This document shows positions 25,913-38,079 of a DNA stretch of 64,000 bases, piece after piece (the stretch's first letter is position 1; every line of letters starts with the position of its first letter). This stretch comes from Eledone cirrhosa (taxonomy: Eukaryota): NCBI GenBank assembly GCA_964016885.1, contig OZ024743.1, forward strand, positions 72,354,001 through 72,418,000, read 5' to 3'. Both the position numbers and the translations under genes were made by a program. The notes beneath the pieces are model-generated. The model made no database searches. It was not told the DNA's origin and saw only the letters and a list, made by a program, of their open reading frames with translations.

Positions 25913-28900
25913 ATGGAGACTAGAACGTCATGTGACAGACTCTCACCCAACAGGTGCCCCCTGGCTCAGCAGCAGGAACCTGACTGTCAACCAAATACTG
26001 CTGATGTTGGAGGAAGAAGAAGAAGGAAAGGGGCCAGAACCAACTGGACGAAAGAATTGAATAGAACTGTTATGCAATGCTACCTGAAAAGTAACCCCAA
26101 GGAGAGGGGCTACAGGAGACGGATGCATAACATCTGGAACGAGATTGGTTTATTTAAATTAGATGAACAAAAATTGGCCGGGCAGGCTCGGGTAATAAGA
26201 ACTAATGGGTGGATAAGCGAGCTGGAACTGGAGGAACTGAGCAGAGAGAATGGCTTGGAGATGGCGGGTGTAGTATGCCAGACAAGCGAGCCGGCGGGAA
26301 ATGAAGGTGAGGAGGTCCTGAGAACGGAGGAACCACCCGAAGCAGACAATGATCTGAATACTGAGATAAATAATACCTGGAACAGAGATACGGCCACTGA
26401 GGAGATGAATGCTGACGGGCTAGGACAAGATTCGGTTGACATCCTAAATTTAGTGGTAGATGAGTTGAACAATGATAGTGGGAGACCTATGAACCTAAGA
26501 TTTGTAGACAGGAAAAAGTTAAAAGAAACAACAGCTAAGGTAAACAAAGTCATCCCATACCTTGAGGCGAGGAGTCTTCACCAGTGCAACAATATCCTCA
26601 AAGCAACAGCAAATACGGTGAGGAAACTACTTGGTATAAAAGCGAGAGGAAACAACAGACAAGAAAGAGCAGAGCCGTGGTGGAAGAAGCGACTGAGTGG
26701 GCAAATCGGGGAAATGAGAAATGACATAGGAAAGCTTGAGTCACTACTGAATGGGACACTAAAAAACATAGGCACTAAAAATAGACTGGAAATAAAATAC
26801 AAAACTAGGAGTAAAAAGCTAAATATTATCATAGAGGAATTGAAGCAACGCATTGTAGCAAAGAGTGCCAAAATCAGGCGATACGAGAACAGAGTCAGTC
26901 AGTATAAACAGAACCGCATGTTCGACAACAACCAGAAGATGCTGTTTGGCCAGCTTGAGGGGAAAGAAAGAGGCAACGACTTGATCCCTGGGGCGGAACA
27001 AGCTAAAACATTCTGGAGAGGAATATGGGAGCAGGATGTTAGACACAATGCCCAGGCAGGGTGGATTGAGACAGTACAGAGGGAGATCGGTGAGCAGGCA
27101 CAACAACAGACTGATTTGAGTATCACAGTTGAAACTCTTAAGGGGCAAGCCAAAAAACTAACCAACTGGAAATCACCAGGCCCAGATGGTGTGCAGGGGT
27201 ATTGGATTAAACATTTAACATCCCTCCACCCGAAGCTGACGGCCATGTTCAATGACTGCTTGGTGTCGGGTGAGGTGCCAGAGTGGTTGACAAAAGGTAC
27301 CACAGTTCTGATAATGAAAGACCGAATCAAGGGTAATGATGTTACCAACTATAGACCTATCACATGTCTGCCCGTAATGTGGAAACTGTTGACGAGCATT
27401 GTGTCTGAGGAAATCTACCATCACCTCCACACAAACAACTTGTTACCGGACGAACAGAAAGGATGCCGAAAGAAGTCACGTGGTACAAAGGACCAGTTGC
27501 TTATTGATAAGATGGTAATGGGGAATTGCAGGAGGAGACACACTGATCTTGCCATGGGATGGATAGACTACAGAAAGGCATTTGACATGGTGCCTCATTC
27601 CTGGATCACCAAAAGCCTGGAGATCTTCAGGGTGGCAGATAACATCAGACAGTTGCTGGGCAGGAGTATGGGGTCCTGGGAGACAGAGTTGACATCAACT
27701 GGAGTATCCTTGGGAAGCGTGAAGATCAAGAGAGGTATCTTCCAGGGAGATAGCCTGTCCCCTCTGTTGTTTGTCCTTGCCCTGATGCCCTTGACCATTA
27801 TGCTGCGAAAAGTGAGAGCAGGATACAAGTTGGGAAGGGGAGAGCTTACCATCAATCACCTCCTCTTCATGGACGATCTTAAGCTCTTCGGGAAAAGTGA
27901 GAAGGAGTTGGATGTGCTTGTTGACACTGTCCGTATTTTCAGCAGTGATATATGTATGCAGTTTGGTATTGGTAAATGTGGAGTCATTGTGATGAGGAGG
28001 GGTAGGTTGAGCAGAAGTAACGGGATCCAGATACCAACAGGTGAGATGATAAAGGAAATTGACTCTGAGGAAGAATACAAGTATTTGGGCGTTCTGGAGG
28101 CTGATGGCATAAAGAACAAAAAAATGAAGGAATTGTTAAGAAATGAATACATTCGGAGAGTAAGGAGCGTATTGAAGTCACATCTGAACAGCAGAAATGC
28201 CATAAGCGCAGTAAATTCCCGAGCTGTGTCTATTATTAGGTACAGTGCGGGAATTCTGAGATGGAATGTTGCTGAACAAAAAGAAATGGATAGGAAGACT
28301 AGGAAGCTATTGACTATCTACAACATGTTCCACAAGAGGAGTGATGTCGATAGACTCTACCTAAGGAGATCTGAGGGTGGAAGAGGTCTTATCAGCATAG
28401 AGGACTGTGTTCAGATGGAGAAAAACAACCTATACAAATACGTGACCTATAGTAAGGAGCCAATGCTCAGAGCTGTACGGAAGGAGGGGACAGTAGGCCA
28501 GGGGATATCCAAGGAGGAAATAACATCAAGGAGGAAGAGCAGCCTTAAGGGAAAATCCCTTTATAGTACCTTCTTTGAGAAAACTGAATTTAGAGATCCA
28601 CAGACATGGAACTGGTTGAGAAGAGGAGACCTCAAAAAGGCTACAGAAGGAATGCTAATGGCTGCGCAGGAGCAGGCCCTCAAAACGAAGTGGTTGAAGC
28701 ACCATATCTACAAGGAGGAGGCTAGCCCACTGTGCAGGATCTGTGGAGAGAGAGAGGAGACTGTGGCTCACATTGTGTCCGAGTGTAAACACCTAGCCCA
28801 GACCCACTATAAGGGCTGGAGACACGATGTGATGGGCAGGGTGATCCACTGGCACCTGTGCAAAGTAAACAATCTACCACATTCTGAGAAATGGTATGAG

Positions 28901-29305
28901 CATAGGCCAGAGGCGGTGATGGAGAACAGTCAGGTGAAGGTGCTGTGGGATTTTAGGATACAGACGGACAAAAAACTGGAACACAATAGACCTGACCTGG
29001 TGGTTGTGGACAAAGAAAAAAGATCGTGCCTGATTGTGGATGTGGCCTGCCCGTTCGACACGAGAGTGCAAGAGAAGGAGAGGGAGAAAATTAACAGATA
29101 CCAGGACCTAAAGTGGGAGGTGAAAAGGATTTGGAACTGCCATGAAGTCAAAGTGATCCCGATTGTCATAGGCGCACTGGGGACTATCTCCAAAGGTTTC
29201 CAGGGATGGTTAAAGAAAATCGGCCCCTTCACGCTTTTTGGAACGCTTCAAAAGGCATGCTTGCTTGGAACGGCAAGAACCCTCCGATACGTCCTGAATA
29301 TCTGA
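25913..29305 (+). CDS. R4/Dong-type polyprotein: reverse transcriptase + CCHC zinc finger + restriction-like endonuclease (1130 aa)
   Basis: Uninterrupted ORF with WKSPGPDG, YRPITCL, GIFQGDSLSPLLF, FMDDLKL, YKYLG, CRICGEREETVAHIVSEC, RHD, NRPDLV..IVDVACP..EKINRYQDL. Confidence 0.95.
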   Translation: METRTSCDRLSPNRCPLAQQQEPDCQPNTADVGGRRRRKGARTNWTKELNRTVMQCYLKSNPKERGYRRRMHNIWNEIGLFKLDEQKLAGQARVIRTNGWISELELEELSRENGLEMAGVVCQTSEPAGNEGEEVLRTEEPPEADNDLNTEINNTWNRDTATEEMNADGLGQDSVDILNLVVDELNNDSGRPMNLRFVDRKKLKETTAKVNKVIPYLEARSLHQCNNILKATANTVRKLLGIKARGNNRQERAEPWWKKRLSGQIGEMRNDIGKLESLLNGTLKNIGTKNRLEIKYKTRSKKLNIIIEELKQRIVAKSAKIRRYENRVSQYKQNRMFDNNQKMLFGQLEGKERGNDLIPGAEQAKTFWRGIWEQDVRHNAQAGWIETVQREIGEQAQQQTDLSITVETLKGQAKKLTNWKSPGPDGVQGYWIKHLTSLHPKLTAMFNDCLVSGEVPEWLTKGTTVLIMKDRIKGNDVTNYRPITCLPVMWKLLTSIVSEEIYHHLHTNNLLPDEQKGCRKKSRGTKDQLLIDKMVMGNCRRRHTDLAMGWIDYRKAFDMVPHSWITKSLEIFRVADNIRQLLGRSMGSWETELTSTGVSLGSVKIKRGIFQGDSLSPLLFVLALMPLTIMLRKVRAGYKLGRGELTINHLLFMDDLKLFGKSEKELDVLVDTVRIFSSDICMQFGIGKCGVIVMRRGRLSRSNGIQIPTGEMIKEIDSEEEYKYLGVLEADGIKNKKMKELLRNEYIRRVRSVLKSHLNSRNAISAVNSRAVSIIRYSAGILRWNVAEQKEMDRKTRKLLTIYNMFHKRSDVDRLYLRRSEGGRGLISIEDCVQMEKNNLYKYVTYSKEPMLRAVRKEGTVGQGISKEEITSRRKSSLKGKSLYSTFFEKTEFRDPQTWNWLRRGDLKKATEGMLMAAQEQALKTKWLKHHIYKEEASPLCRICGEREETVAHIVSECKHLAQTHYKGWRHDVMGRVIHWHLCKVNNLPHSEKWYEHRPEAVMENSQVKVLWDFRIQTDKKLEHNRPDLVVVDKEKRSCLIVDVACPFDTRVQEKEREKINRYQDLKWEVKRIWNCHEVKVIPIVIGALGTISKGFQGWLKKIGPFTLFGTLQKACLLGTARTLRYVLNI

Positions 29306-29385
29306 GGCTGCAGGTAGTGGCTTGATATTCAATCCAACGGACTTTCCAGTTAACCAACATCAATGACTGAGATTCAAGGAATAAC

Positions 29386-29418
<33 letters not shown>

Positions 29419-32299
29419 GAAGTTGTATATAATATCAATTATTCGTGCCCTCAAATACAAAATATTCTGGTATATTACGAGTTACATAATTCAAAATTCG
29501 TTTTAGAATAGGGTAAATAAAGTTTGATTTTCGATTAAAGATCTATATAGCTTGAATTGAAGGTTGGAAAGACAACTTAAATTAATTTAGCAATTTTAGA
29601 CGATCGACACTCTGAATTGACACTTCTAATATTGTTGGTCCATTGGGAGATAAAAATAATGTTACAAATATAATTAGGAAATTGTATATAATCAACTCCT
29701 TGATGTGTATGCCCATACGCTACGCCTGTAACTGCTATAGGCTTCCTTTGATTTATCTATATTAATGAGTTACAAATAATTTAGAATATTCATGATGCCT
29801 CAATCTTATAATCTTGAAGGCTGTATCTATACACTATCTAACAAACCAACGCATTCCTTAGTTTTTTGTAAAAATATTTTTTTGATAAAGTAAAATAAAC
29901 GTTGTTGTCTCGAAAATAGAGTCGATGCGTGGGTGTATTTATAGTTCATAAATATAATTAGAAATTTGAACGAATGGATAGCTGTTAAAAGAACCAAATG
30001 TCTATTCTGTCCGCCCGGGCCACGGGACTGCCAGCGCGTTGGGCCCATTTGCTTATAATAGTGAGAGATGGGAAGAGCGAGAGAGACAGCGACAGTAACT
30101 ATACCAGTTTGCTGAAGTATTTTTTAAAGATAAAATGTATTTTGTTGGTTTGTGTCAAAGGAATGTTCAACCATTTACTTGTTAAGCACACTGTTGTATT
30201 GATCGTATAACTGGGAATACTCATCGTCAAACCTGATGGAGGTCTATTCCATATGTAAAAGAAAAGTAAAGCCATGTAAAAATAATTATTATTTGAAAGA
30301 ATATAAAATGTCGATGAAATGATTGAATAAGAGATGCAAATATTTAATCGAGCTCCTATATATTTCCAATAGGTTATTTCCAAGTATGTTAGTATAAAGT
30401 GGATATCAATCATGAAATTATAATGTTTAGACCACTTTTGACTACATGGTTAATAAATCGTGTTGCTTTTATAAAAAAAAACTCAAATATTGCCTATTGA
30501 GAATGTGTGAGAAAAATCAAAGGAGTAGGAATATAAGAAAAATATTAAGACGATAAAAGTTGCGATTGGCGGATCAATGGTAGGCTTGCCCCAGTAAAAT
30601 AATAATTAGATGACAAAATATTTTCATGAAAAATACTTGTAGATATTTATTTGAAAACCTCATAATGGATCATATGTGAATGTATTAGTATTTCCTTTTA
30701 GTCACCAATATATATTCTATGAACTTCAAATGTGGTATTTCCAATATAACAATTTGATATACTTACAGGGCTTTTAGAACCGTTTGCTTTTAGCAGGGGC
30801 AGAAATTTACAGATTTAATAAATATTATTAATATGGGGATTATGGATTTAATACCTTGCGCCAATATATATCATATAATTTATAAACAGAAGCGAGGGAT
30901 AACACTTATTAGGTTGCATTATATTCAGCTGTTGAAATAAGCGAAATTTAACCGAAATGAAATATTTGGTTGTCATTTAACAGAATTCAGGTTTTTTCTT
31001 TCTATAATATGTTATTGTCTTCTTTGTGATAAGAATATATAGGATATTGGATGTTCTAGACAGTTAGTCAATAACACTATATAGCAACGGTTCTGCATAT
31101 ATACTTAAACAAATATTATATCAATATCAAATTCGGAATGTTTTCTGTCAATATCCATTTCTATCTGAACATGTTATAACTTTTTACTTGCTTCCTTTGA
31201 ATACTGCTTCAGAGAGGCCAAATCACAACCAATTTCTCCATTGGATTTTAAATTGCATTGAGTGATAAATATTAACAAAATAATTTGTTCTGAGTATATT
31301 ACTGGTAATGATTATAATCGAATTGTAACATCAGTTATGACTTAATTTCCGTCGATACTTTGGCAGATATTAACAACGTCATTAGAACATTTCTGATCCA
31401 TATAAACAAGACTTACCCAAACATGCTAGTGTAAATGCCATACCCTTTAAGTTCTGTTGATATCATTTCCAGTATTTAAATATATGAATTTATAGATAAT
31501 GAGTTCATATAGTTCTAACCACAATACGAGCAGTCGTATAATATAAATGGATCTGTTCTTCGTTCAATATTTATTTTTTCAATTACTATATTCACTTATT
31601 TTACGGAAGCTTTTCTTTATTAAATACCAAAATATGGTATGTTCTGCCTCCAATTGAATTAGAATTAAACCAGTGATGATGTAAGTGGAGTCGCAGCCTC
31701 TTTTCATTCTCCATTTTATTCTAATAATTGTAATTAAATCCTAATTACGCAATTGAGCAGAATTGCTGCTGGAATTTCTCGGCGTGTTAGAGGTAGTGAT
31801 AATTGGACAGTATTCGCTATTTCAAGTAACATTCCACTAAATGCAGCTAAAAGATCGATGAAAGGCCATATAATTCTAAACAGAATACAATTTCTAAATT
31901 AATACATAGACATTTTCTCACTTTCGCTCCAAATGTTGAATAGCTAAAATGGCGAGTGTTGTTTTATATCTATATATTTTCTGTCTTATTTAAAGTCATT
32001 GGCAAACGATTATAGAACAAAAGCAACTGGAAAGAATATAATTTTTCTCAGTACAAATATATATTTTTTCTTTATTTAGTTGTTGACTTTGCTTCATAAT
32101 ATTAAATTGAAAATAATTGTATAAATTATTTTAGAAAGCGTTGTTAGAGTTACGTTACATTATTTTAATTTTGGCACGTTATAGTTAGTTTGGCAGTTGC
32201 AGAGGACTAAATATGGATTGTAATGGCTGTATTGTAACAAAGCATGGTGTCATTACGGACAATATTTATTCTATACTATGGATAGATACAATGGAGGCG

Positions 32300-32452
32300 G
32301 TGACTTTACAGTCGTTAGAGCATCAGGCAGAAACTTTGTGGTATTCGCCTAAGCTATCTACTTTCTCATTTCAAATCCCACCGAGATCAACTTTGCCTTT
32401 CATCAATTCAATATCGATAACAAAAGTACGAGTCTAGTACTGGGGTCGATTC
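32300..32452 (+). mobile_element. Degenerate SINE fragment (octopus-like, central GTCRACTTTGCCTTTCATC domain)
   Basis: TTCAAATCCCACCGAGATCAACTTTGCCTTTCATC..GATAA..AGTAC..TACTGGGGTCGAT. An inverted relative lies at 55975-56130. Family recognised from memory. Confidence 0.6.
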
Positions 32453-32639
32453 TTCCTCTATATCTCTTTCTCATTTCCATTCTGTCATGCTTTCTTTCTT
32501 ACTCTGGAAGAAATGTATTATATTCATACATAGAGAGGAATGGGCACCACCAGATTTTAAATGCCATAGAAACGCCGTATATAATTAGGTCGCCCCTACG
32601 ACTCTATCAGGAGGCACGGGATTGAAATAAAACGTATAG

Positions 32640-32745
32640 ATGCATATTTGGCTGTGTAGTTGTGGGTTCAGTCCCATTTCGTGGCACACTGTCTTCGACT
32701 ATAGACTCGAGTTGACCAATGATTTGCAAATGGAATTTGTACATA
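32640..32745 (+). mobile_element. Degenerate, internally deleted tRNA-derived SINE followed by (TG)n
   Basis: GGCTGTGT..GGGTTCAGTCCCA..CGTGGCAC..TGTCTTC.ACTATAG.CTCG with a B-box-like GGTTCAGTCCC. Confidence 0.5.
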
Positions 32746-33134
32746 CATACATAGACATAAATATACGTGTGTGCGTCTGTGTGTGTGTGTGCTTGTGTGT
32801 GTGTGTGTGTCTGTGTGTATGTGTGTGTGCATGTGTGTCCGTGTGTCTGTGTGTGTCAGAAATAAATGATTGGTTGATGTGAATGTCTAAATCTCTTCCG
32901 GTTTATGTCGGAGCATAGCCGAGGTTTAATGACTAAAACCTGTGAAAGAATAAGAGAGATGAAACAAGCTATAGTTTGTGTCAGTAGAATATCATTCTTG
33001 TCATGCTTAACTGGTAATCAGTGAACGTGAATAAATATTTTGCTGAAGACGAGAACCAGCCTGTTGCTAAAGATTTCTTAATATGGTGTGTGCACACACA
33101 TTTCTAATTAGACCTATTGATTTTTAAATTGTGA

Positions 33135-33400
33135 AAGCTTGTGGCTTAGTGCTGATTGTGTTCGGTCGGCTGACGATTGTTAAGTTGTGAGTTCGATATC
33201 TGGTGGCGCGTTGTGTCCCTGATCACGACCGTTAACCACTGTCTCCAGTCTTCACCGTGTTTGTTCATATATTGTAGCCCCCTTGTAATTGAGGATGACT
33301 TAGTATATCATGCACCATGCCTTCGCTTCTTTTTGTATGGAGTGTGAAGTCGTGAGGAAACACACCTCCCACACTCGTCTCTCTGAAGCTTTCTTCATGT
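33135..33400 (+). mobile_element. Degenerate tRNA-derived SINE
   Basis: A-box-like GTGGCTTAGTG, B-box-like GAGTTCGATATC, then GCGTTGTGTCCCTGA as in the SINE at 57750. Confidence 0.45.
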
Positions 33401-35153
33401 GACAGTTGGATATATACAATTACTGTACTCCTATTTGAATGGCGAGCAAACGTATAAAAAGCACACATGTTAACGGTGAGATTTAGAATTTGTCCGAAAA
33501 GCTACGGATTAATTATCACCACACTTTCTATTCAACGCCATATTGCTGTTGTCACACACTTAAACACACACATACTTACACACACCGACATATACACACG
33601 CGCGCAGACATACACACGCACACACGCGCAAACACACACACATTTCCTGTTAAACTGATAACCAGAGCCATAAAGGAATCCCTGCACCCATAGTTAATTT
33701 AAAACGCTTTCTTTTAAAACCCATATTCAACATGGTGTCATCCTTACATATACAATCATGTTGTCCATTTTAGAAGAAAAGAAAATATCGTTTAGATCCC
33801 ATCTGCAGCGTACCATTACATCCGGTAAATCCACTTAAAAACATTCTGATGCTATTTCGCTTTGTATTTAAGATTATGTGCATTTCGAAATTATGAGGAT
33901 AACAGAGGATATAGTCGTTTAAACCAGGTGCAGTGTTATCTATAGCTGAACGATAAAACGCAGTGTTACCGTTTGAAATGTAAATATTTAAAGAGGAAGG
34001 TTAAATGTTCAAATGCATTTACTCACATCTAAAGCTACTAAATAATATTCGTCGTTTTCCCCTTGGTTCTGTTTTTAAGTAATTACCATGTATATATATA
34101 ATTCCTTTTTGCAAATACAACAATTACAAAAGGTCTGAGGAAGAAGATAACATTTAAACGGAAAGTAAAACTGTCTTTATACTTGTCGCCGTAAGTGTCT
34201 GGCTAACGAAATAATACTCTGTTTATTAATCTAAGAGATTGTTGCCGAATTTCAAAGCTTTCTAGGTCTTCTATCATATAATAAAGACAACTTAGATGTT
34301 AAATATACTATAATTATAGTTTGAGAAATATATTTTCTTTTCATGTCTCTGCAAACTAGTTTATTCCCTGTGAACTGCTCCAACAAAGAAACGCTCCAAC
34401 ACATCACTCTATGTGTGTCTTTCAGGAAAATGCATTCATTTTAGCAGTATCCCCAGGTTATACGACTTGCTATACAATTACGTCTGCAGTTTATTTCTGG
34501 AGAGTCTGTTCTTTCTGAAACTACACGTTCACCCAGTGTGATGTTAATTAAATGTTTAAAGTTCAATTCACAGATATTTGGATGTTACCTTCTTGATTAG
34601 AATTCAATGTCGTATATTCTCAATTTGCTATAACAATAAACTAATTACTTCATCGAATATCTGATATCATTATATATCGTGAATTGGTGATATAACCCCG
34701 ACATTATCATAGATCAATAGATTTATCTGCAAATATCCTCGTTGCACAGCCTCCTCTCTTTGTTGAATTAAACCATTAAATTCACATGCAACCTGCAACT
34801 AAACTTCAATTATAACTCATGGGTTTATCAATACCTTTACATGACACACACAAATATATTGCCTGATAAGCGGTCTCTGTGTCAATGTCTTGACCTCTTT
34901 ACTAATAACATCATAAGACACATCACATCTGTTTATTATTCTCAACGTATGTTTTAAATTATTAGAATAAATTTGTGCTAATATGAGCTAAAGTTGAAGT
35001 TAGTAATTAACTGGAGGATACTGATACAATGTATGACGGTCAAAAGCTAGAATTAACTATATGCACTATCATAATGTTCACATTTCTGCAGAGTTTAAAT
35101 TGATTTTCATTGTTTGCTTACCTGTATAACCATCTCAATGCACATGTGTATAT

Positions 35154-35160
<7 letters not shown>

Positions 35161-35249
<89 letters not shown>

Positions 35250-35280
35250 CCTCTCTCTCTCTCTCTCTCTCTCTTTCAAT

Positions 35281-35375
<95 letters not shown>

Positions 35376-35460
35376 TAATTATTAATTATATATTATTTAT
35401 ATATATATATTTTTTTATTATATATATATATATTTTTTATTTATATATATATATATTTTT
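35161..35460. repeat. (CT)n followed by degenerate (TA)n
   Basis: Direct observation. Confidence 0.95.
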
Positions 35461-35898
35461 TTATCTTTATTCTTATTTTCACTTTTATCCTCCTTTATAT
35501 TTTACCTTATTCTTACTTTTATACCTTATTATAGTGTAATCTTCCCCATGCCTTATTATACATTATTAATTATAGATTATTATTATTACTCTTTTTCCAT
35601 TTCTAACTACCTCATGTACTTTCTCCTCCGTTATATATATATTGTATGCCCTTTGTGTGTGTGTAGCCTCTGCACACCCTCTGCACCCTACTATCGACGC
35701 CACCCCATCTATGGCTCAACTAACCACTCGACTCCGAGGAATGAATATGACCACAGCTAGTAAACAATGACCCACTCCACACCCTCCCGCACCAAAATTA
35801 GACTTATCATCCCCTGCTTTTGCTCTTTACTCTCTTTACTCTTTGTTCTTGAATGTTTGGTTGGTAGAGTCCATAACACCAATCAAACCCCTTTTATA

Positions 35899-35943
35899 GC
35901 TCTGACGAATCCTATGGTTACGTAAGGAAGAAATATTGTAAGC
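35899..35943 (+). ncRNA. Minimal type I hammerhead ribozyme in a PLE 3'-end remnant
   Basis: GCT-CTGACGA-aTCCT..AGGAa-GAAA-TATT-GTA-AGC, followed by AATAAA and (TA)n at ~35990. Confidence 0.55.
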
Positions 35944-36117
35944 CAATAAAAATCTGTTGATGTTGTAGACGCTCTTGTGTTCTTTATCATATATGTATAT
36001 ATATATATATATATAATACATATATATGTATGTAAAAGGTAAACAGAAATAACGGCACAATCGGTACAGTATATGGAAGGGATATATTAGGTTAACGCTC
36101 TATATAGCAGGAAGAGA

Positions 36118-36155
36118 GTCTTAACGGTTCAGACGCTAGTCCTTCATCAGAAGAA
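36118..36155 (-). ncRNA. Degenerate minimal hammerhead (PLE pLTR remnant)
   Basis: Reverse complement TCTT-CTGATGA-AGGAC-TAGC-GTCT-GAAC-CGTTA-AGA; the GAAA core has one substitution. Confidence 0.45.
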
Positions 36156-36444
36156 ATAATGAGAAATAAAATAGATTCAGGGGACGGGCGGGATGGAATT
36201 AGAAAAAGCGTCTTTAGATATAAATAACAGGTCCATTCCTGTTGGGTAACAAGAGTAAATGAGGTACTCAATACATTAGTAGACTGTAAACATCAACTTT
36301 AATAAAGAAATGGCACCTATAGGACTAGAACTGTTTCATTCAAACGAACGAAATACAACCGTAATAGAATAATAGTCCGATTTCCTAATGATTTCTTTTG
36401 AATGATCCAGTTCTTGTTCTGTAGAAGTCATTTATATATTAAAT

Positions 36445-36561
<117 letters not shown>

Positions 36562-36851
36562 GTGAGTGTATACATATATATATTTTAGGAGAAGGCAACT
36601 CAGGAAACCGGGATAACTCCGATATAAAACATGCCGCTCAGTAGTTACCGATGATGTTGATGTTTTCTTCTTTTCGGGTTATAGCTACTGTCTCTCAGAG
36701 ATTGGGTTTGGCTCAGTGCACAGTCTTTCCTCACTTTAAAAAATATATTCATGCAAAGGTATTACACGATAGAATTAATTGATAATTATTAATAATGGTA
36801 TATCATGCAATGGCCATACTCGATAACGAGGGGGCAGCCATCATCATCATC

Positions 36852-36931
<80 letters not shown>

Positions 36932-37190
36932 CTTTGAATAATGTTAAACCTTCACTGCTATGTACATATATATATCAATCATATCATATTTTGTTTGACC
37001 CGTTTAGCTTGTTCGATTTTTTTGGCTCTGGTGGTTAATAGCTTCTTAACCATCGTCTCAGTTTGTATGACCTCTTTAACTTATGCTTATAGCTCTGGTA
37101 TATTCATATACATGGAGCGCGTGTCTGCACAATACGGAAGTTGCGTTTCGCTAATTTCTACCCGCCGAAATGCCATTCTCGCTAAATTTA

Positions 37191-37240
<50 letters not shown>

Positions 37241-38009
37241 GGATAATAAACAATACAATATAATTACCTCATTACCAGAGGTTTCCCGAATAAGACGCAT
37301 ACGAAATGAACGTCCTCATTCGTTCGTCGGACAATGTAATATAAAACATAGTGAAATATTTGGAAAGTCTCCTCAAGAAATGCAAAAAATATATAAATAA
37401 AAGTAATGCAAGAGGTATATTAAAAAATATAAAGAAATATATATAAAATATAAGGAAATATAGTTAGGTATGTGTATATGTATGTATATACACTCAAAAA
37501 TGTACATATGTGTGTATGTACAAATGCATGTGTATGCTGAACATGTGTACGTAAGTACATATATGAGGGCAAGTATATTTGTGTATATGTGACCACAAAT
37601 ACGGATATAATATGAGTTGAAAAAGAAAATGATAATATAATTGACACGCATCCAGATACAGGTATTAAATACACATACGAGTATGAATGCACGCGTATAA
37701 ACACACACACACGTGCGGCCACTTATATGTGGAAGATAAAGAGGGAAGGGAGTGTAATAGTAAAAAGAAATGTCATTCTCGATATATGTATAAAAATGAA
37801 ACAGTATATGAGAATGAAAAAAAAATGTTTAAATGAAAGAGAAAGTAATCAATTAACACTAGAGAAAAGAAAACAAACATAGGTACGCACGTACATACAC
37901 ATATATCTATAAATATATATCTATAAAAAACATATATCTATAAAAAATATTTATACACACAAATACGTACAGACAAAAGCGCATGCATGCATACATACAC
38001 ACGAGACAC

Positions 38010-38079
<70 letters not shown>

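Larger units (their letters stand above)
24518..29379 (+). mobile_element. Dong family C, copy C3, full-length with intact ORF
   Basis: ~1.4-kb 5' UTR, single 1130-aa ORF, ~75-nt 3' UTR, (AAT)n on both sides (tail 29380-29416). Confidence 0.95.

Noticed and set aside
2143-29232. ORFs antisense to or overlapping the RT genes (e.g. 2143-2775, 11125-11472, 26899-27348)
   Set aside because: Shadow frames; they recur only because the elements are repeated.
30400-32200. Unique AT-rich stretch as a decayed gene
   Set aside because: Manual translation of parts of both strands gave only short frames with no recognisable motif.
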